A stretch of 64,000 nt of DNA, from the NCBI GenBank assembly GCA_036524115.1, contig DATDCY010000315.1, forward strand, positions 41,917-105,916, given 5' to 3'. Position numbers and translations under genes: made by a program. Shown piece after piece: positions 43,501 to 53,510 of the stretch. The stretch is from a bacterium. Its GTDB lineage: Bacteria > JAUVQV01 > DATDCY01. The first letter of the stretch is position 1. Each line of letters opens with the position of its first letter. The notes under the pieces are model-generated. The model ran no database searches. It was given only the letters and a program-made list of their open reading frames with translations, and was not told the DNA's origin.

Positions 43501-44765
43501 ACCTCAAGCTCATCTATCCGCGCTGGCCGAAGCTCATGAGCCAGACGGAGTTCCACCTGCCGCCGCACGGCCCGGTCGTCATGGCCGCCGCCCTGCCGCC
43601 GGATGTCGCCGTCACCTTCGTCGACGAGAACGTGGAGGAGCTGGACCTCGACGATCGCCCCGACGCGGTCGCCATCTCCATGATGCTCACCAGCCAGGTC
43701 CGGCGCGGCTGGGAGATCGCCGACGCCTACCGCCGCGCGGGCGTGCCGGTCGTCTGCGGCGGGATCGCCACCATGCTGCACGCCGAGGAGACGCAGACGC
43801 ACGCCGACGCCGTCTTCCTCGGCGAGGCCGAGGGGCGCATGGAGACGCTCGTCGACGACCTGCGCCGCCGCCGGCTCAAGCCGGTCTATGACTACCTGCG
43901 CCAGCCGCCGCCCATCGAGATCGTGGGCACCGCCCGGCGCGACATCCTGCGGCGGGAGCTCTACAACTACCGGGGCGTGCAGATGGTGGATCTCGTGCAC
44001 GCCTCGCGTGGCTGCCGCTACAACTGCTACCCCTGCTGCGTCTCCTACCTCGGCGGCCGCGTGTTCCGGCCCCGGCCGATCGACCGGACCATCGCCGAGA
44101 TGGCCGCCATCGACAACAACCGCCTCTTCATCGTGGACAACTCGCTGGCCCAGGACCGGAAGTGGGAGCTGGACCTCTTCCGCGAGATGATCCCCCTGAA
44201 GAAGAAGTGGTGCTGCCACCCCATCGAGGACGACCCCGAGGTGCTCGACCTGGCCGCGCAGGCCGGCGCCTGGTACGTCTACCAGGCGGTCTTCGACACC
44301 TCCGACTACATCCGCGAGCGCATCCGGCGCTACCACGACCACGGCATCGGCGTGGAGGGCACCATCCTGCTCGGCCTGGACGAGCACACCGAGGACGACA
44401 TCAAGCGCCTCGTCGACTTCCTGCTGGAGATCGAGCTGGACCTCGCCGAGTTCACGGTCCTCACGCCGTTCCCCCACACCCGCGCCTACGAAGACCTGCA
44501 GCGCGACGGGCGCATCCTCTCGCACGACTGGAACGACTACACCGCCGACAAGGTCGTCTTCCAGCCCAAGCAGATGAGCGCGGAGCGGCTCCAGGAGCTG
44601 CTGGCGTACGCCTGGGACACCTTCTACCGCGACGAGCCCCAGCCGATGAAGATGTCGAAGCTCTTCACGAGGGTGATCCGCAAGGAGATGGCCGACGGCA
44701 CCGCCCGCCCCCGCCAGCGGGAGCTGCGCGGCCGGGCGTTCGGGAAGACGGTTGGGGGGATGTGA
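43476..44765 (+). CDS. B12-binding (class B) radical SAM enzyme
   Basis: SRGCRYNCYPCCVSY is present. The conserved N-terminal LKLIYPRWP lies upstream of the first ATG (43536). I therefore propose a GTG start at 43476 overlapping the fabG 3' end. The ATG-only model is 43536..44765. Confidence 0.75.
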   Translation, partial: VGERGDVLNLKLIYPRWPKLMSQTEFHLPPHGPVVMAAALPPDVAVTFVDENVEELDLDDRPDAVAISMMLTSQVRRGWEIADAYRRAGVPVVCGGIATMLHAEETQTHADAVFLGEAEGRMETLVDDLRRRRLKPVYDYLRQPPPIEIVGTARRDILRRELYNYRGVQMVDLVHASRGCRYNCYPCCVSYLGGRVFRPRPIDRTIAEMAAIDNNRLFIVDNSLAQDRKWELDLFREMIPLKKKWCCHPIEDDPEVLDLAAQAGAWYVYQAVFDTSDYIRERIRRYHDHGIGVEGTILLGLDEHTEDDIKRLVDFLLEIELDLAEFTVLTPFPHTRAYEDLQRDGRILSHDWNDYTADKVVFQPKQMSAERLQELLAYAWDTFYRDEPQPMKMSKLFTRVIRKEMADGTARPRQRELRGRAFGKTVGGM

Positions 44766-44786
44766 GGCGGCCGGGAGCCTTCTCCG

Positions 44787-46280
44787 TCAGCCGTCCAGCT
44801 CCTCGAACCGGTTCGCCGCCCTGAGCCGCGCCATCTCGCGCTCGTAGCTCGCGCGCCAGCCGATCTTCCGGCGGCGGCGGCCGAGCACCACCTTGAGCAC
44901 GGGGCGCACGAGGTAGAGCCAGATGCCGATCCAGAGCGGCCCCTGCATGCGCGCATGGCGGGAAGGCTCCCACCAGCCCAGGACCTGCTGGCGCTGGTAC
45001 CAGACCAGGTACTGCAGGGCGTCGGCGTCCAGGTGCCGGGTCCGCACGTTCGCCCAGATGCCGTTGTAGGTCGAGAAGTCGTCCGCGTTGGTGACCAGCC
45101 CCTCGTCCAGCAGCTGCTGGCGGATGCCGGTCTTGGGGTACGGCGTGAGTATCTGGCAGTAGGGGGAGTCGACGTCGACCTCCTTGAGGAAGCGGTAGTT
45201 GTCGATGAAGTCCTGCTCCTCGTCGTCGGGGAAGCCGAAGATCATGCCCCCCACCACCATGATGCCGTACTTGTGGCACAGTTCCACGGCCCTGCGGGAG
45301 GCGTCGAGGATGTCCCCCTTCTGGGCGGCCTTGAGGTTCTTGCGGGAGGCGCTCTCGATCCCCAGGAAGATGCTCTTGAAGCCCGCGCGGGCCATCAGGG
45401 CAACCATCTCCTCGTTGCGCGACATGGTGACGCAGTCGGCCTGGACGACGAAGTGCATGCCGCGGTAGGCGCGCTCGATGATCGCCTTGCAGATCTCGAT
45501 GACCCGCGGGGGCGAGAGCACCATGTTGTCGTCGGAGACGAAGACCCAGCGGCAGCGGCGCTTGTGGTAGATATCGTCGATGTCGGCCAGGATGCGCTCG
45601 ATCGGGAACGGCCGGAAGGACTGGCCGTACATGTGCCGGATGCTGCAGAAGTTGCACGAGCGGTTGCAGCCGCGGGAGGTCTCCATGACCTCCACGCTGC
45701 GGTTCATGATGTGGTAGCCCCACGTCAGGCGCCGCTTGTCGCGGATGGGCAGCTTCAGGCGCGCGAGGTCCAGCAGCTCGCCCTTCGGGTTGTGCACGAG
45801 CGCGCCGTCCGCCCCGCGGTGCGAGAGAGAAGGGATCGCGGCGACATCGTCCCTGCCGGCCAGCGCGTTGACCAGGCGCCGGAAGCACTCCTCGCCCTCG
45901 CCCCGCACGAGGAAGTCGATGTCCCGGGCCCCGGGGTCGCGGCCGATCTCCTCGTACATCAAGGTGGCGTGGTAGCCCCCGACCACGATCCTGGCCTGCG
46001 GCAGCCACTGCCTGACCAGGCGCGCGATCTTGAGGCAGGTGCCGAACTGCCAGGTCATCGACGAGAGGCCGACGACGTCGGGGCGCAGCTTGAGCAGGGT
46101 CCGCTGGAGGTACCCGCGCACGGTGCCACGCTTGCGGACGAGATCGACGAGGAAGACCTCGTGGTCCTCGTCCAGGTTGGCGCCCAGGCTGGCGATGCCG
46201 AGATTCGGCATGTGAAAGGCGGCCTCGTGCATGATGACCGCGGCGACGTCCGGCATGGAAGCGAGCACCACCCTCATTGC
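44787..46280 (-). CDS. B12-binding (class B) radical SAM enzyme
   Basis: The start is MRVVLASMPD...VVGLS. The rSAM cluster is SRGCNRSCNFCSI. The ORF is about 497 aa. Confidence 0.85.
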   Translation of the reverse strand, partial: AMRVVLASMPDVAAVIMHEAAFHMPNLGIASLGANLDEDHEVFLVDLVRKRGTVRGYLQRTLLKLRPDVVGLSSMTWQFGTCLKIARLVRQWLPQARIVVGGYHATLMYEEIGRDPGARDIDFLVRGEGEECFRRLVNALAGRDDVAAIPSLSHRGADGALVHNPKGELLDLARLKLPIRDKRRLTWGYHIMNRSVEVMETSRGCNRSCNFCSIRHMYGQSFRPFPIERILADIDDIYHKRRCRWVFVSDDNMVLSPPRVIEICKAIIERAYRGMHFVVQADCVTMSRNEEMVALMARAGFKSIFLGIESASRKNLKAAQKGDILDASRRAVELCHKYGIMVVGGMIFGFPDDEEQDFIDNYRFLKEVDVDSPYCQILTPYPKTGIRQQLLDEGLVTNADDFSTYNGIWANVRTRHLDADALQYLVWYQRQQVLGWWEPSRHARMQGPLWIGIWLYLVRPVLKVVLGRRRRKIGWRASYEREMARLRAANRFEELDG

Positions 46281-46302
46281 GTCCTCCGATCCTCGCGCGG
46301 CC

Positions 46303-47103
46303 TCACCCTTGCGCCGTCGCCCCGCCGGCCGCGGGCTCCAGCAGCGCCCGCACCTGGGCAATCAGCGCCCGGGTCGAGAAGTTCGGCCGGTCGTACGCCG
46401 GGGTGAGGCGCGCCAGCAGCCGCACCGTGATCGTGTTGGGCCGGCAGGCGGCGAAGCGGAAGCGTCCCGGCGTGAAGAGCCGCTGGGTGTTCCCGATGGC
46501 CGCCACGGCCACGGGCGCCCTGCAGAGCCGGGCGATCTTGAACGCACCGGCCTGGAGCGGGCCGACGGAGCCGTCGCGGCTGCGCGTGCCTTCAGGGAAG
46601 ACGAAGAGGTTGCCGCCCCCGGCAAGGAAGGTCCGCATCCCCTCGAGGTGCTCCAGCGTGCGCTCCGAATCGGGGCCGCCGGACGCCAGGTAGCCCGACG
46701 CGCGCAGCACCCAGCCGAGGAAGGGGTAGCGGAAGAGACGTTCCTTGACGACGGTCGTGTGCCGGGGGAAGAGGGAGATGAAGAGCAGCGGGTCGAGATA
46801 CGAGAGGTGGTTGCACACGACGACCGAGCCGCTCACGGCGGTCAGCGCCGGGTCGATCTCCCAGCGCTGCCGGGGCATGAGCAGCCGGCAGAGTCGGAAG
46901 AAGCCCCGGTAGAAAAGATTGTTGAGGCGCTGCGCCGCCCGGGCGCGGTTGTGCCCCAGCGCCATCGCCAGGAGGCAGAGGGGCGCGAAAAAGAACACGA
47001 AGCCGAGTATGAAGTATCCCCAGAGGACGAGCGTGACCGCGACCTCGACCGCCCACGTCAGGAGGCGCGGCAGGCCCGTTCGTGCGTCCGCGCCGCCGCT
47101 CAC
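46303..47103 (-). CDS. PlsC-family lysophospholipid acyltransferase
   Basis: VVCNHLSYLDPL (HX4D) and FPEGTRS are present. Two N-terminal TM helices are present. The GTG start overlaps the upstream KS stop (GTGA). Confidence 0.8.
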   Translation of the reverse strand: MSGGADARTGLPRLLTWAVEVAVTLVLWGYFILGFVFFFAPLCLLAMALGHNRARAAQRLNNLFYRGFFRLCRLLMPRQRWEIDPALTAVSGSVVVCNHLSYLDPLLFISLFPRHTTVVKERLFRYPFLGWVLRASGYLASGGPDSERTLEHLEGMRTFLAGGGNLFVFPEGTRSRDGSVGPLQAGAFKIARLCRAPVAVAAIGNTQRLFTPGRFRFAACRPNTITVRLLARLTPAYDRPNFSTRALIAQVRALLEPAAGGATAQG

Positions 47104-48338
47104 GGCGTCGCCTTCCGGAGGACGAGGCAGGTGTTGACGCCCCCGAAGGCGAAGTTCTGGATGGCCGCGGTCCGCACGGGCTCCTCGACCAACTGTCGGA
47201 CGTGGCGGACCATGGCGCAGCGCTCGTCGACCTCGTCCAGGTTGAGCGTCGGGGCCACGAAGCCCCCGTGCATCATGTAGAGCGTGAGGATGGTCTCGAT
47301 GGCGCCGCACGAGCCCATGGTGTGGCCCATGTAGCTCTTGAGGCCCGCCACCCAGGGTCGCCGGCCGTAGATGCCGCCCATGGCCTGGGCCTCCATGACG
47401 TCGCCCATCTTGGTGGCCGTGGCGTGCGCGCTCACGAAGTCGATCTCGTCGGCGCTCACCCGCGCCTCCTCCAGCCCGAGGCGGATCGTGCGCTCGATGC
47501 CGCGGACGTCGGGCAGGATCAGGTCGCCGCCGTTGTTGGTGCAGGCGAAGCCGAGAAGCTCCGCGAGGATGGGCGCCCCGCGGCGTCTGGCCCGCTCGTA
47601 CTCCTCGAGCACCACCGCGCCGGCCCCCTCGCCCACGACGAGGCCGTCGCGCCGATTGTCGAAGGGCCGCGGGGTCAGGTGCGGCGTGGCGTTGAACTCC
47701 GTGGAGCAGGCCATCAGGTTGTCGAAGACCGCCACGGTCGTGGTGTCGTACTCGTCGGCGCCGCCGCAGAGCATGGCGTCCTGCATGCCGAACTTCACCG
47801 CCTCGTAGCCGAAGCCGATGGACTGGCTGCTGGTGGTGCAGGCCGTCGAGGAGGAGATCACCCGGCCGGTGATGCCGAACATCCGCGTGATGTTCACCGC
47901 CGTGGTGTGCACCATGGACTTGAGATAGTCCACCGCGCCGATGTTCGACAGCCCGCGGTCGTCCTTGCCGAAGAAGGTCCGGTAGATGTCGCGCTGCACG
48001 GTGGGGCTGCCGTGGGTGGAGCCGAAGGCGACGCCCAGGCGCCCGGAGGTGACGAACTCCTCGTCCAGGCCGGAGGCGGCCAGCGCCTCCTTGGCCACCT
48101 GGCAGGCGTAGTAGGCCACCGGCCCCATGGTCTTGCGGTGGTGGCGCGAGAAGCCGTACTCGATGGGGTAGTCCACGGTGCCGAAGACGCCGGCGTGGAT
48201 CTGGGCGGAGAGCAGGTCGTCCCTGCGGATGGCCTTGACCCCCGATATCCCCTCGGTCAGGTGCCGGACGATCCCCTCGCGCGTGTTGCCGATGGGGGTG
48301 ATGGCGGCGCAGCCGGTGACGACGACCCTGCGGCTCAT
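47100..48338 (-). CDS. Beta-ketoacyl-ACP synthase (KS)
   Basis: The start is MSRRVVVTGCAAITPIG. Catalytic contexts are SSTACTTSSQ, SAHATATKMGD and MGHTMGSCGAIE. Confidence 0.85.
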   Translation of the reverse strand: MSRRVVVTGCAAITPIGNTREGIVRHLTEGISGVKAIRRDDLLSAQIHAGVFGTVDYPIEYGFSRHHRKTMGPVAYYACQVAKEALAASGLDEEFVTSGRLGVAFGSTHGSPTVQRDIYRTFFGKDDRGLSNIGAVDYLKSMVHTTAVNITRMFGITGRVISSSTACTTSSQSIGFGYEAVKFGMQDAMLCGGADEYDTTTVAVFDNLMACSTEFNATPHLTPRPFDNRRDGLVVGEGAGAVVLEEYERARRRGAPILAELLGFACTNNGGDLILPDVRGIERTIRLGLEEARVSADEIDFVSAHATATKMGDVMEAQAMGGIYGRRPWVAGLKSYMGHTMGSCGAIETILTLYMMHGGFVAPTLNLDEVDERCAMVRHVRQLVEEPVRTAAIQNFAFGGVNTCLVLRKATP

Positions 48339-48364
48339 CGAAGGAGGAGCCTCGTGCGGCGCCC

Positions 48365-48624
48365 TCAGGCGGCCGTGCGGGCGGCGGCCAGGCGCAGGAC
48401 GTAGTCCACGATCTGGCCGACGGTCCTGATCTCCATGGCGCTCTTCTTCTCCTCGTAGGTCAGGGGGCTGCCGAGGAGCAGCTCGATCTCGCGCAGCAGC
48501 TCGACCGCGTCGATGCTGTCGAACTCGTAGGCCTCGCGCAGGTCCTCGTCCTGGCCCGGGTCCTTGATCTCGAAGCGCTCCGCGAAGACCTTGAGGATGG
48601 CGGCACGGGCTTCGTCGCGGGTCA
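48365..48624 (-). CDS. Acyl carrier protein
   Basis: EFDSIDAVELL is present. The start is placed at MTRDEARAAILK. An upstream ATG at 48644 is an alternative. Confidence 0.7.
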
Positions 48625-48723
48625 TCGGCACCCCGGACGGCATGACACTGGCGATCGCAGCATGGTCACGACTTTCTACTACAAGAGCCGCCGCCTGAAA
48701 AGTCAAATCTTCGTCGGCCTCGC

Positions 48724-49431
48724 TTGTGCTTCATGCCGCGCTCTGGCACCGTTTTCACGATGACAGCGCTTGGACAGAGCAGGGTCCCCGAGACGAACGG
48801 CACCACGGCCGGCCGCGCCTACGTCGACGCCTATGACCAGATGCAGGCGGAACACTGGCGGCAGGGCTGGCTTGGGACCGAGGATCTCCTGCTCGAGGGC
48901 GTCACGAGCGGATCGGCGCTGGAAGTCGGGTCGGGGCCTGGCTTTCTCGGCCTGGATTGGCTGCTGCGGACGAAGGGCACCGTCCTCGTCGGTCTTGACA
49001 TCAACCCCGACATGGTCGGGCTCGCCGTGAGACACGCGCGGGAACTGGGACTCGGCGACCGCGTCGGGCACGTCCTCGGCTCCGCGGCGGCGCTGCCGTT
49101 CGAAGACAACTCCTATGACGCCGTCTTCACGAACCGCTCGCTGCACGAGTGGCTCGACCCAGGTCTGGTCTTCGCCGAGATGTGGCGGGTCCTGAAACCC
49201 GGCGGCAGGATGTTCGTGTCCGATCTCCGCAGGAACCTCTCTCCCAAGGCCCGCTACTTCCTCGAGAGCTGCGTGACCTCCGAGCTGGTCAGGGAAAGTC
49301 TCCGTGCCTCGATCGGCGCCGCCTACAACGTCGCGGAGGTGTCGGCCATTCTGGCGGCGGCGGAACTCGGCGACGTGGCGGTCGCCGAGACGATGCTCGG
49401 GTTGCGGGTGACGGGGGTCAAGCCGGCCTGA
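48724..49431 (+). CDS. Class I SAM-dependent methyltransferase
   Basis: ALEVGSGPGFLG and ...VFTNRSLHEW...LKPGGRM are present. An internal ATG at about 48760 is an alternative start. Confidence 0.75.
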   Translation: MCFMPRSGTVFTMTALGQSRVPETNGTTAGRAYVDAYDQMQAEHWRQGWLGTEDLLLEGVTSGSALEVGSGPGFLGLDWLLRTKGTVLVGLDINPDMVGLAVRHARELGLGDRVGHVLGSAAALPFEDNSYDAVFTNRSLHEWLDPGLVFAEMWRVLKPGGRMFVSDLRRNLSPKARYFLESCVTSELVRESLRASIGAAYNVAEVSAILAAAELGDVAVAETMLGLRVTGVKPA

Positions 49432-51034
49432 TGCGCGCGCCCGGAGGGGGGTCTGCCGGCGGCGCGGCCAGCGGCGGGCCCAGGAAGCGCGAGAAGTGGA
49501 ACCACTCGAGGGGCCGCGATCGCACCTCGGCTTCCAGCAGGTCGGCGTAGGCCTGCGCGGCCTCCCGCACGACCTCGCGGCGGCGCTCGCGGCTCGCGGC
49601 CGGCAGCGGCAGGGGGCCGCGCAGGGCGAAGTGGTACTGTCGCGGTGCGCGCCGCGCCGCGAAGAAGACATACAGCGGCGCCCGCGCGACCAGGGCCAGC
49701 ATGAACGGCGCCTCCGGCAGGCGCACCTCGTGACCCGCGAAGCGCACGGGCAGCCCCTCCCGGTCCTCGCGCCAGTCCAGGTCGCCGGCCATGGAGACGA
49801 AGCCGCCGGAGCGCAGGAAGGCCGCCCCCTCGACGAGATCGAAGGGCGAGCCGCCGTCCTCGCCCACGACCTGCAGGCGGACGCCGCTGGCCGCGAGGTC
49901 CTCCTTCTGCAGGCGCTCGATGTCCTCCTTGGCGCGCCGGCCGACGTAGAGCATCAGGCGCAGCTCGGGGAGGGAGCGCCGCAGCAGGCGCGCGCCCATC
50001 TCCCAGGCGCCGAGGTGCGACATGAGGAGGATGCCGCCGCGTCCCTCGGCCAGCGACGCGTACAGGTGCTCGCGGCCTTCGAAGGTGAAGCGGATGGCGT
50101 CGCCGCTCTCGAGCAGCAGGCGGTCGAGGTAGACCGTGGTGAACGTCTGGAACTGCCGCCAGGCGCACCACCAGGCGTGCCAGCGGCCGCGGCCGGGGAA
50201 CAGGGCGCGGTAGAACGCGGCGCTCACCGCTGCGCGGCGGGGGAAGAGCACGAAGTAGCCGGCGGCGACCACGCGGGCGGCGACGCCGAAGAGCCAGGCG
50301 CCGAAGACCCGCGACGCGGCTGCGAGGAGACGATAGAAGAGACGCGGCACGCCCCGGAAGACGCGGCGCACGATCAGGCGGGCGAAGGTGTCCGAGTTGC
50401 GGCAGAAGTCCACGAAGGGCCGGAAGTGCGAGATGCGCTCGGCGCCGAAGTAGCGCACGCTCACCGGCGTCTCGATCGCCGGCAGCCCGGCCCAGGCGGC
50501 CTTGACCAGGACCTCGACCTCGAACTGGTAGCGCCGGGCGCGCAGCTCGAGGGCGAGGACCTCGGGGAGGGGGTAGATGCGCAGGCCGCTCTGGCTGTCG
50601 AGCACCCGGGGGCCGCCCGCCGCGCGGACCCAGAAATTGGAGAAGCCGCGCCCGAAGCGGCTGGTCCACGGGGCGCCCTCGCTCGCCATCTGCCGGCGCT
50701 GGCCGACGACGATCGGCCGTTGCCCGGCCGGGATGGCCGCGATCAGGCGCGGGATGTCCGCCGGGTCGTGCTGGCCGTCGGCGTCGAGCGTGACGGCCCA
50801 GTCCGCGTGCTCGGCCGCGGCCCGGAAGCCGGTGAGCAGCGCCGCGCCCTTGCCGCGGTTCACCGGGTGCCGCAGCAGGCGCACCTGCGGCAGGGCCTCG
50901 ATGCCGTCGACGCCGCCGTCCGTGGAGCCGTCGTCCACCACCCAGACCGGCCAGCCCAGCGCCGCGGCCGCGCGCACGACCTCGCGCGCCGTGCGGCCGT
51001 GGTTGTACACCGGCACGACGACCGCGAGTCTCAT
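49418..51034 (-). CDS. Fusion of family-2 glycosyltransferase with LpxL/HtrB-type lipid acyltransferase
   Basis: The N-terminal half has VVVPVYNHG...DDGSTDG...LDADGQHD. The C-terminal half has LLMSHLGAWEMG. The ATG overlaps the upstream stop (ATGA). Confidence 0.75.
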   Translation of the reverse strand: MRLAVVVPVYNHGRTAREVVRAAAALGWPVWVVDDGSTDGGVDGIEALPQVRLLRHPVNRGKGAALLTGFRAAAEHADWAVTLDADGQHDPADIPRLIAAIPAGQRPIVVGQRRQMASEGAPWTSRFGRGFSNFWVRAAGGPRVLDSQSGLRIYPLPEVLALELRARRYQFEVEVLVKAAWAGLPAIETPVSVRYFGAERISHFRPFVDFCRNSDTFARLIVRRVFRGVPRLFYRLLAAASRVFGAWLFGVAARVVAAGYFVLFPRRAAVSAAFYRALFPGRGRWHAWWCAWRQFQTFTTVYLDRLLLESGDAIRFTFEGREHLYASLAEGRGGILLMSHLGAWEMGARLLRRSLPELRLMLYVGRRAKEDIERLQKEDLAASGVRLQVVGEDGGSPFDLVEGAAFLRSGGFVSMAGDLDWREDREGLPVRFAGHEVRLPEAPFMLALVARAPLYVFFAARRAPRQYHFALRGPLPLPAASRERRREVVREAAQAYADLLEAEVRSRPLEWFHFSRFLGPPLAAPPADPPPGARIRPA

Positions 51035-52746
51035 GTGAAGGCTTCGGGGAGGAAGGCGATCGCCCAGGTGCCCGGTCCCATGTGGGCGCCGGAGGTCAGG
51101 GAGAGGGGGCGCACCAGGATCGAGGCGCGCGGCAGCAGCGCGCGCACCTCCCGGGCGGCGACCTCCTCGACCCAGGGCCGGTTGTCGGAGTACTGCAACA
51201 GGATCAGCGGCGCGGACCCGGGGGGAAGCGCCGCCTCGAGCCTGCCGCGGGCGAACGCCACCTGGTCCTCGCGCCGGTGGACCACCCCCACCTTGACCGC
51301 GCCCTCGGCCAGCGGCGAGACGACCGGCTTCATGCGCAGGAGATCGCCAAAGAAGCCCTGGGTCTTCGAGATCCGCCCGCCGGCGGCCAGGAACTTGAGC
51401 TGGTCGAGGAAGATGAACTCCTGGGCGTGCGCGAGCGCCGCGCGGGCGAACTCCCGCACCGCCTCGACGCCGTGGCCCGCGCAGGCGTGGCGGGCGGCGG
51501 CCAGCGCGACGATGCCCAGGCGGCCGGCGGCGGTTCCGGTGTCGACGATGCTCAGCCGCCCCTCCGGGTCGTTCGCCGCCTGCCAGGACGTCGCCGCCGC
51601 GACGTTGCCCGTGTAGTACGACCCGACGCAGAGGTAGAGCACGTGCCGGTGGCGGCTGACGGCGCTCAGGTAGCTCTGGTGCCTCTGGAACACCGACGCC
51701 TGCGCCGTGGAGACCCTCGTCCCGCCGGCCATGGCCTCGTAGAGGGTCTCCGGGGCCACCAGCGTCTCGGGCCAGGACTGGTCGCCCAGCACCAGGTAGC
51801 TGTCCAGGACGGTGATGCCGAGGGAGGCGGCGTCCTCCGCGCCGATCGAGCCGGCCGCATCCGTCATGACGTGCACGGCCTGCGATGCGCGCGCGGCTGG
51901 GACGGCCGCAGCGGCGATCCGCTCCTCGCGCCAGGAGATCACGGGACCGATCTGGGCCAGCCCGCGCCGCAGCGCGTCCCGGTCGCCGGTGTGCAGGTGG
52001 ATCTTCACGCCGCCGGTCCCCTCGCTGACCACCACGCTCTCGCCCAACGTGCCCAGCAGCTCCCGCGCTTCGTCCGCGTCCCTGTCGGACCCCACCAGGG
52101 TGCTGACGCAGTAGCCGGCCTGCGCCTCCTCCGGGCGCCAACGCTCGGCCACCGCGAGCCCTGTGCTGAAGCGCTCGGTCACCGGACGCGCCTCGCCGCG
52201 CCCCGCAAGCTCGTGGAGGAGGGTCTCGACGAAGATGAACATGCCGAGGGCGCCGGCGTCCACCACGCCCGCGCGGGACATCTCGGGGAGGATCGTGGCG
52301 GTCGCGGCCACGCTCTTCTCCAGGACCTCGACGATGTCTTCCGCGTCCCAATCCGACGGCGGCACCGACCCGGGCGGCAGGGCGCCGGCGAGGTCGTCGA
52401 GCAGCGTGAGCATGGTGCCCGGCTTGGGGTCTGCCACGGCGCGGCGCGCCTCGCCCGCCCCTCGGCGCACGGCCGCGGCCAGGTCTTCGGGGGCCTGTGC
52501 CTCGAGAAGGGGCCGGAGGAAGGCGGCCGCGATGTTGCCGGCGTTGCCCGTCGCCGCCCCGAGGATCCGCCGGGCCGCCTCCCCGGGACGGTCCGGCAGC
52601 AGGCGCAGCGGCGCGAGGCTGACCCTGAGGTTGCGGCCGGTGTCGGCGTCGGCCACGGGAAAGACGTTGATCGCGTCGAGCAGGTCCGACCAGGCCGCGA
52701 GGCGCTCGTACCCCTTGACAAGGGCGCTGCCGAGGCGCCGGTCCAT
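51031..52746 (-). CDS. DAK2 (DhaL-like) domain fused to DegV-family fatty-acid-binding domain (fatty acid kinase-like)
   Basis: The N-terminal half has NVFPVADADTGRNL. The C-terminal half has VHVMTDAAGSIGAEDAASLGITVLDSYLVLGDQSW. The ORF is 571 aa. Confidence 0.65.
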   Translation of the reverse strand: MDRRLGSALVKGYERLAAWSDLLDAINVFPVADADTGRNLRVSLAPLRLLPDRPGEAARRILGAATGNAGNIAAAFLRPLLEAQAPEDLAAAVRRGAGEARRAVADPKPGTMLTLLDDLAGALPPGSVPPSDWDAEDIVEVLEKSVAATATILPEMSRAGVVDAGALGMFIFVETLLHELAGRGEARPVTERFSTGLAVAERWRPEEAQAGYCVSTLVGSDRDADEARELLGTLGESVVVSEGTGGVKIHLHTGDRDALRRGLAQIGPVISWREERIAAAAVPAARASQAVHVMTDAAGSIGAEDAASLGITVLDSYLVLGDQSWPETLVAPETLYEAMAGGTRVSTAQASVFQRHQSYLSAVSRHRHVLYLCVGSYYTGNVAAATSWQAANDPEGRLSIVDTGTAAGRLGIVALAAARHACAGHGVEAVREFARAALAHAQEFIFLDQLKFLAAGGRISKTQGFFGDLLRMKPVVSPLAEGAVKVGVVHRREDQVAFARGRLEAALPPGSAPLILLQYSDNRPWVEEVAAREVRALLPRASILVRPLSLTSGAHMGPGTWAIAFLPEAFT

Positions 52747-53153
52747 CAGAATCCCAGCGCCTGCCGGATGTCTTCGGGGATCGTGAACTCCATCTCCATC
52801 GTCGCGTAGCGCACCGCGAGCTGCTCGCTGGTGCCGCGGGCGCAGAGGATGCCGCCGTCGACCTTGCGGATCTCGAAGGACATGCCGATCTTGTACTGCG
52901 CCTCAGTCACGGCGGCCCGGCAGACGAACTCGTCGAAGGCCCGCAGCGGGGCGATGTGCTTGAGGGCCGTGCGCGTCACCGGGAAGGCGTACCCCTTCTC
53001 GATCATGTAGGCGTAGAGATCGACGCCGCGCTCCGCGAAGAGGCCGAAGCGCGCCACGTCGAAGTACTTCAGGTAGTTGCCGTGCCACACGATGCGCAGG
53101 GGGTCCACATCGTGGAACGGGACCCTCATCCGCAGTTCGTAGACCGCTCCCAT
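52746..53153 (-). CDS. 4HBT-family thioesterase
   Basis: The start is placed at MGAVYELRMRVPFHDVDPLRIVWHGNYLKYFD. The longer ORF has an implausible N-terminus. Confidence 0.7.
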   Translation of the reverse strand: MGAVYELRMRVPFHDVDPLRIVWHGNYLKYFDVARFGLFAERGVDLYAYMIEKGYAFPVTRTALKHIAPLRAFDEFVCRAAVTEAQYKIGMSFEIRKVDGGILCARGTSEQLAVRYATMEMEFTIPEDIRQALGF

Positions 53154-53510
53154 GGCCCCAACTCTATCGCATGTCCTCACCGGGGAATGCAATCCTTTGG
53201 TGCCGAACTCACTGGAACATCCCCCATCTTCGAGGGACAGGGGATGAGCTCCAGGGTCAGGCACAGGCACACTTGCCTCACGACCGGTGCAATGCCATAA
53301 TTCAACAGTTCACAAGGCGATAGTTTGCCTCTCCTCGGGTGGACTCGGCAACGGGCCGAGAGTTGCGCGTCGTCCGGCACTGACAGCGCGATCACTGGAA
53401 GGAGGGTTCTCGTCGCTGTCCAGGACAGATCAGAGTTGATCCGCCGATCCTGAAGAAGGTCTTTGGAGAGCTCGAATTCTGGTATTCCGCAAGCATCAAA
53501 GGAGGCAGTC

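Noticed and set aside
44665-46406. ORFs 44665..46008(-) and 44955..46406(+) over the B12-rSAM 44787..46280
   Set aside because: The retained frame has the SRGCNRSCNFC cluster and a B12-like N-terminus. The others lack any motif.
49323-52809. ORFs 49323..50669(-), 49496..51616(+), 51082..52809(+) over GT2-LpxL and DAK2-DegV genes
   Set aside because: They are shadow frames. The retained genes have DxD/GT2 and HX4(D/E) motifs and DAK2/DegV motifs respectively.
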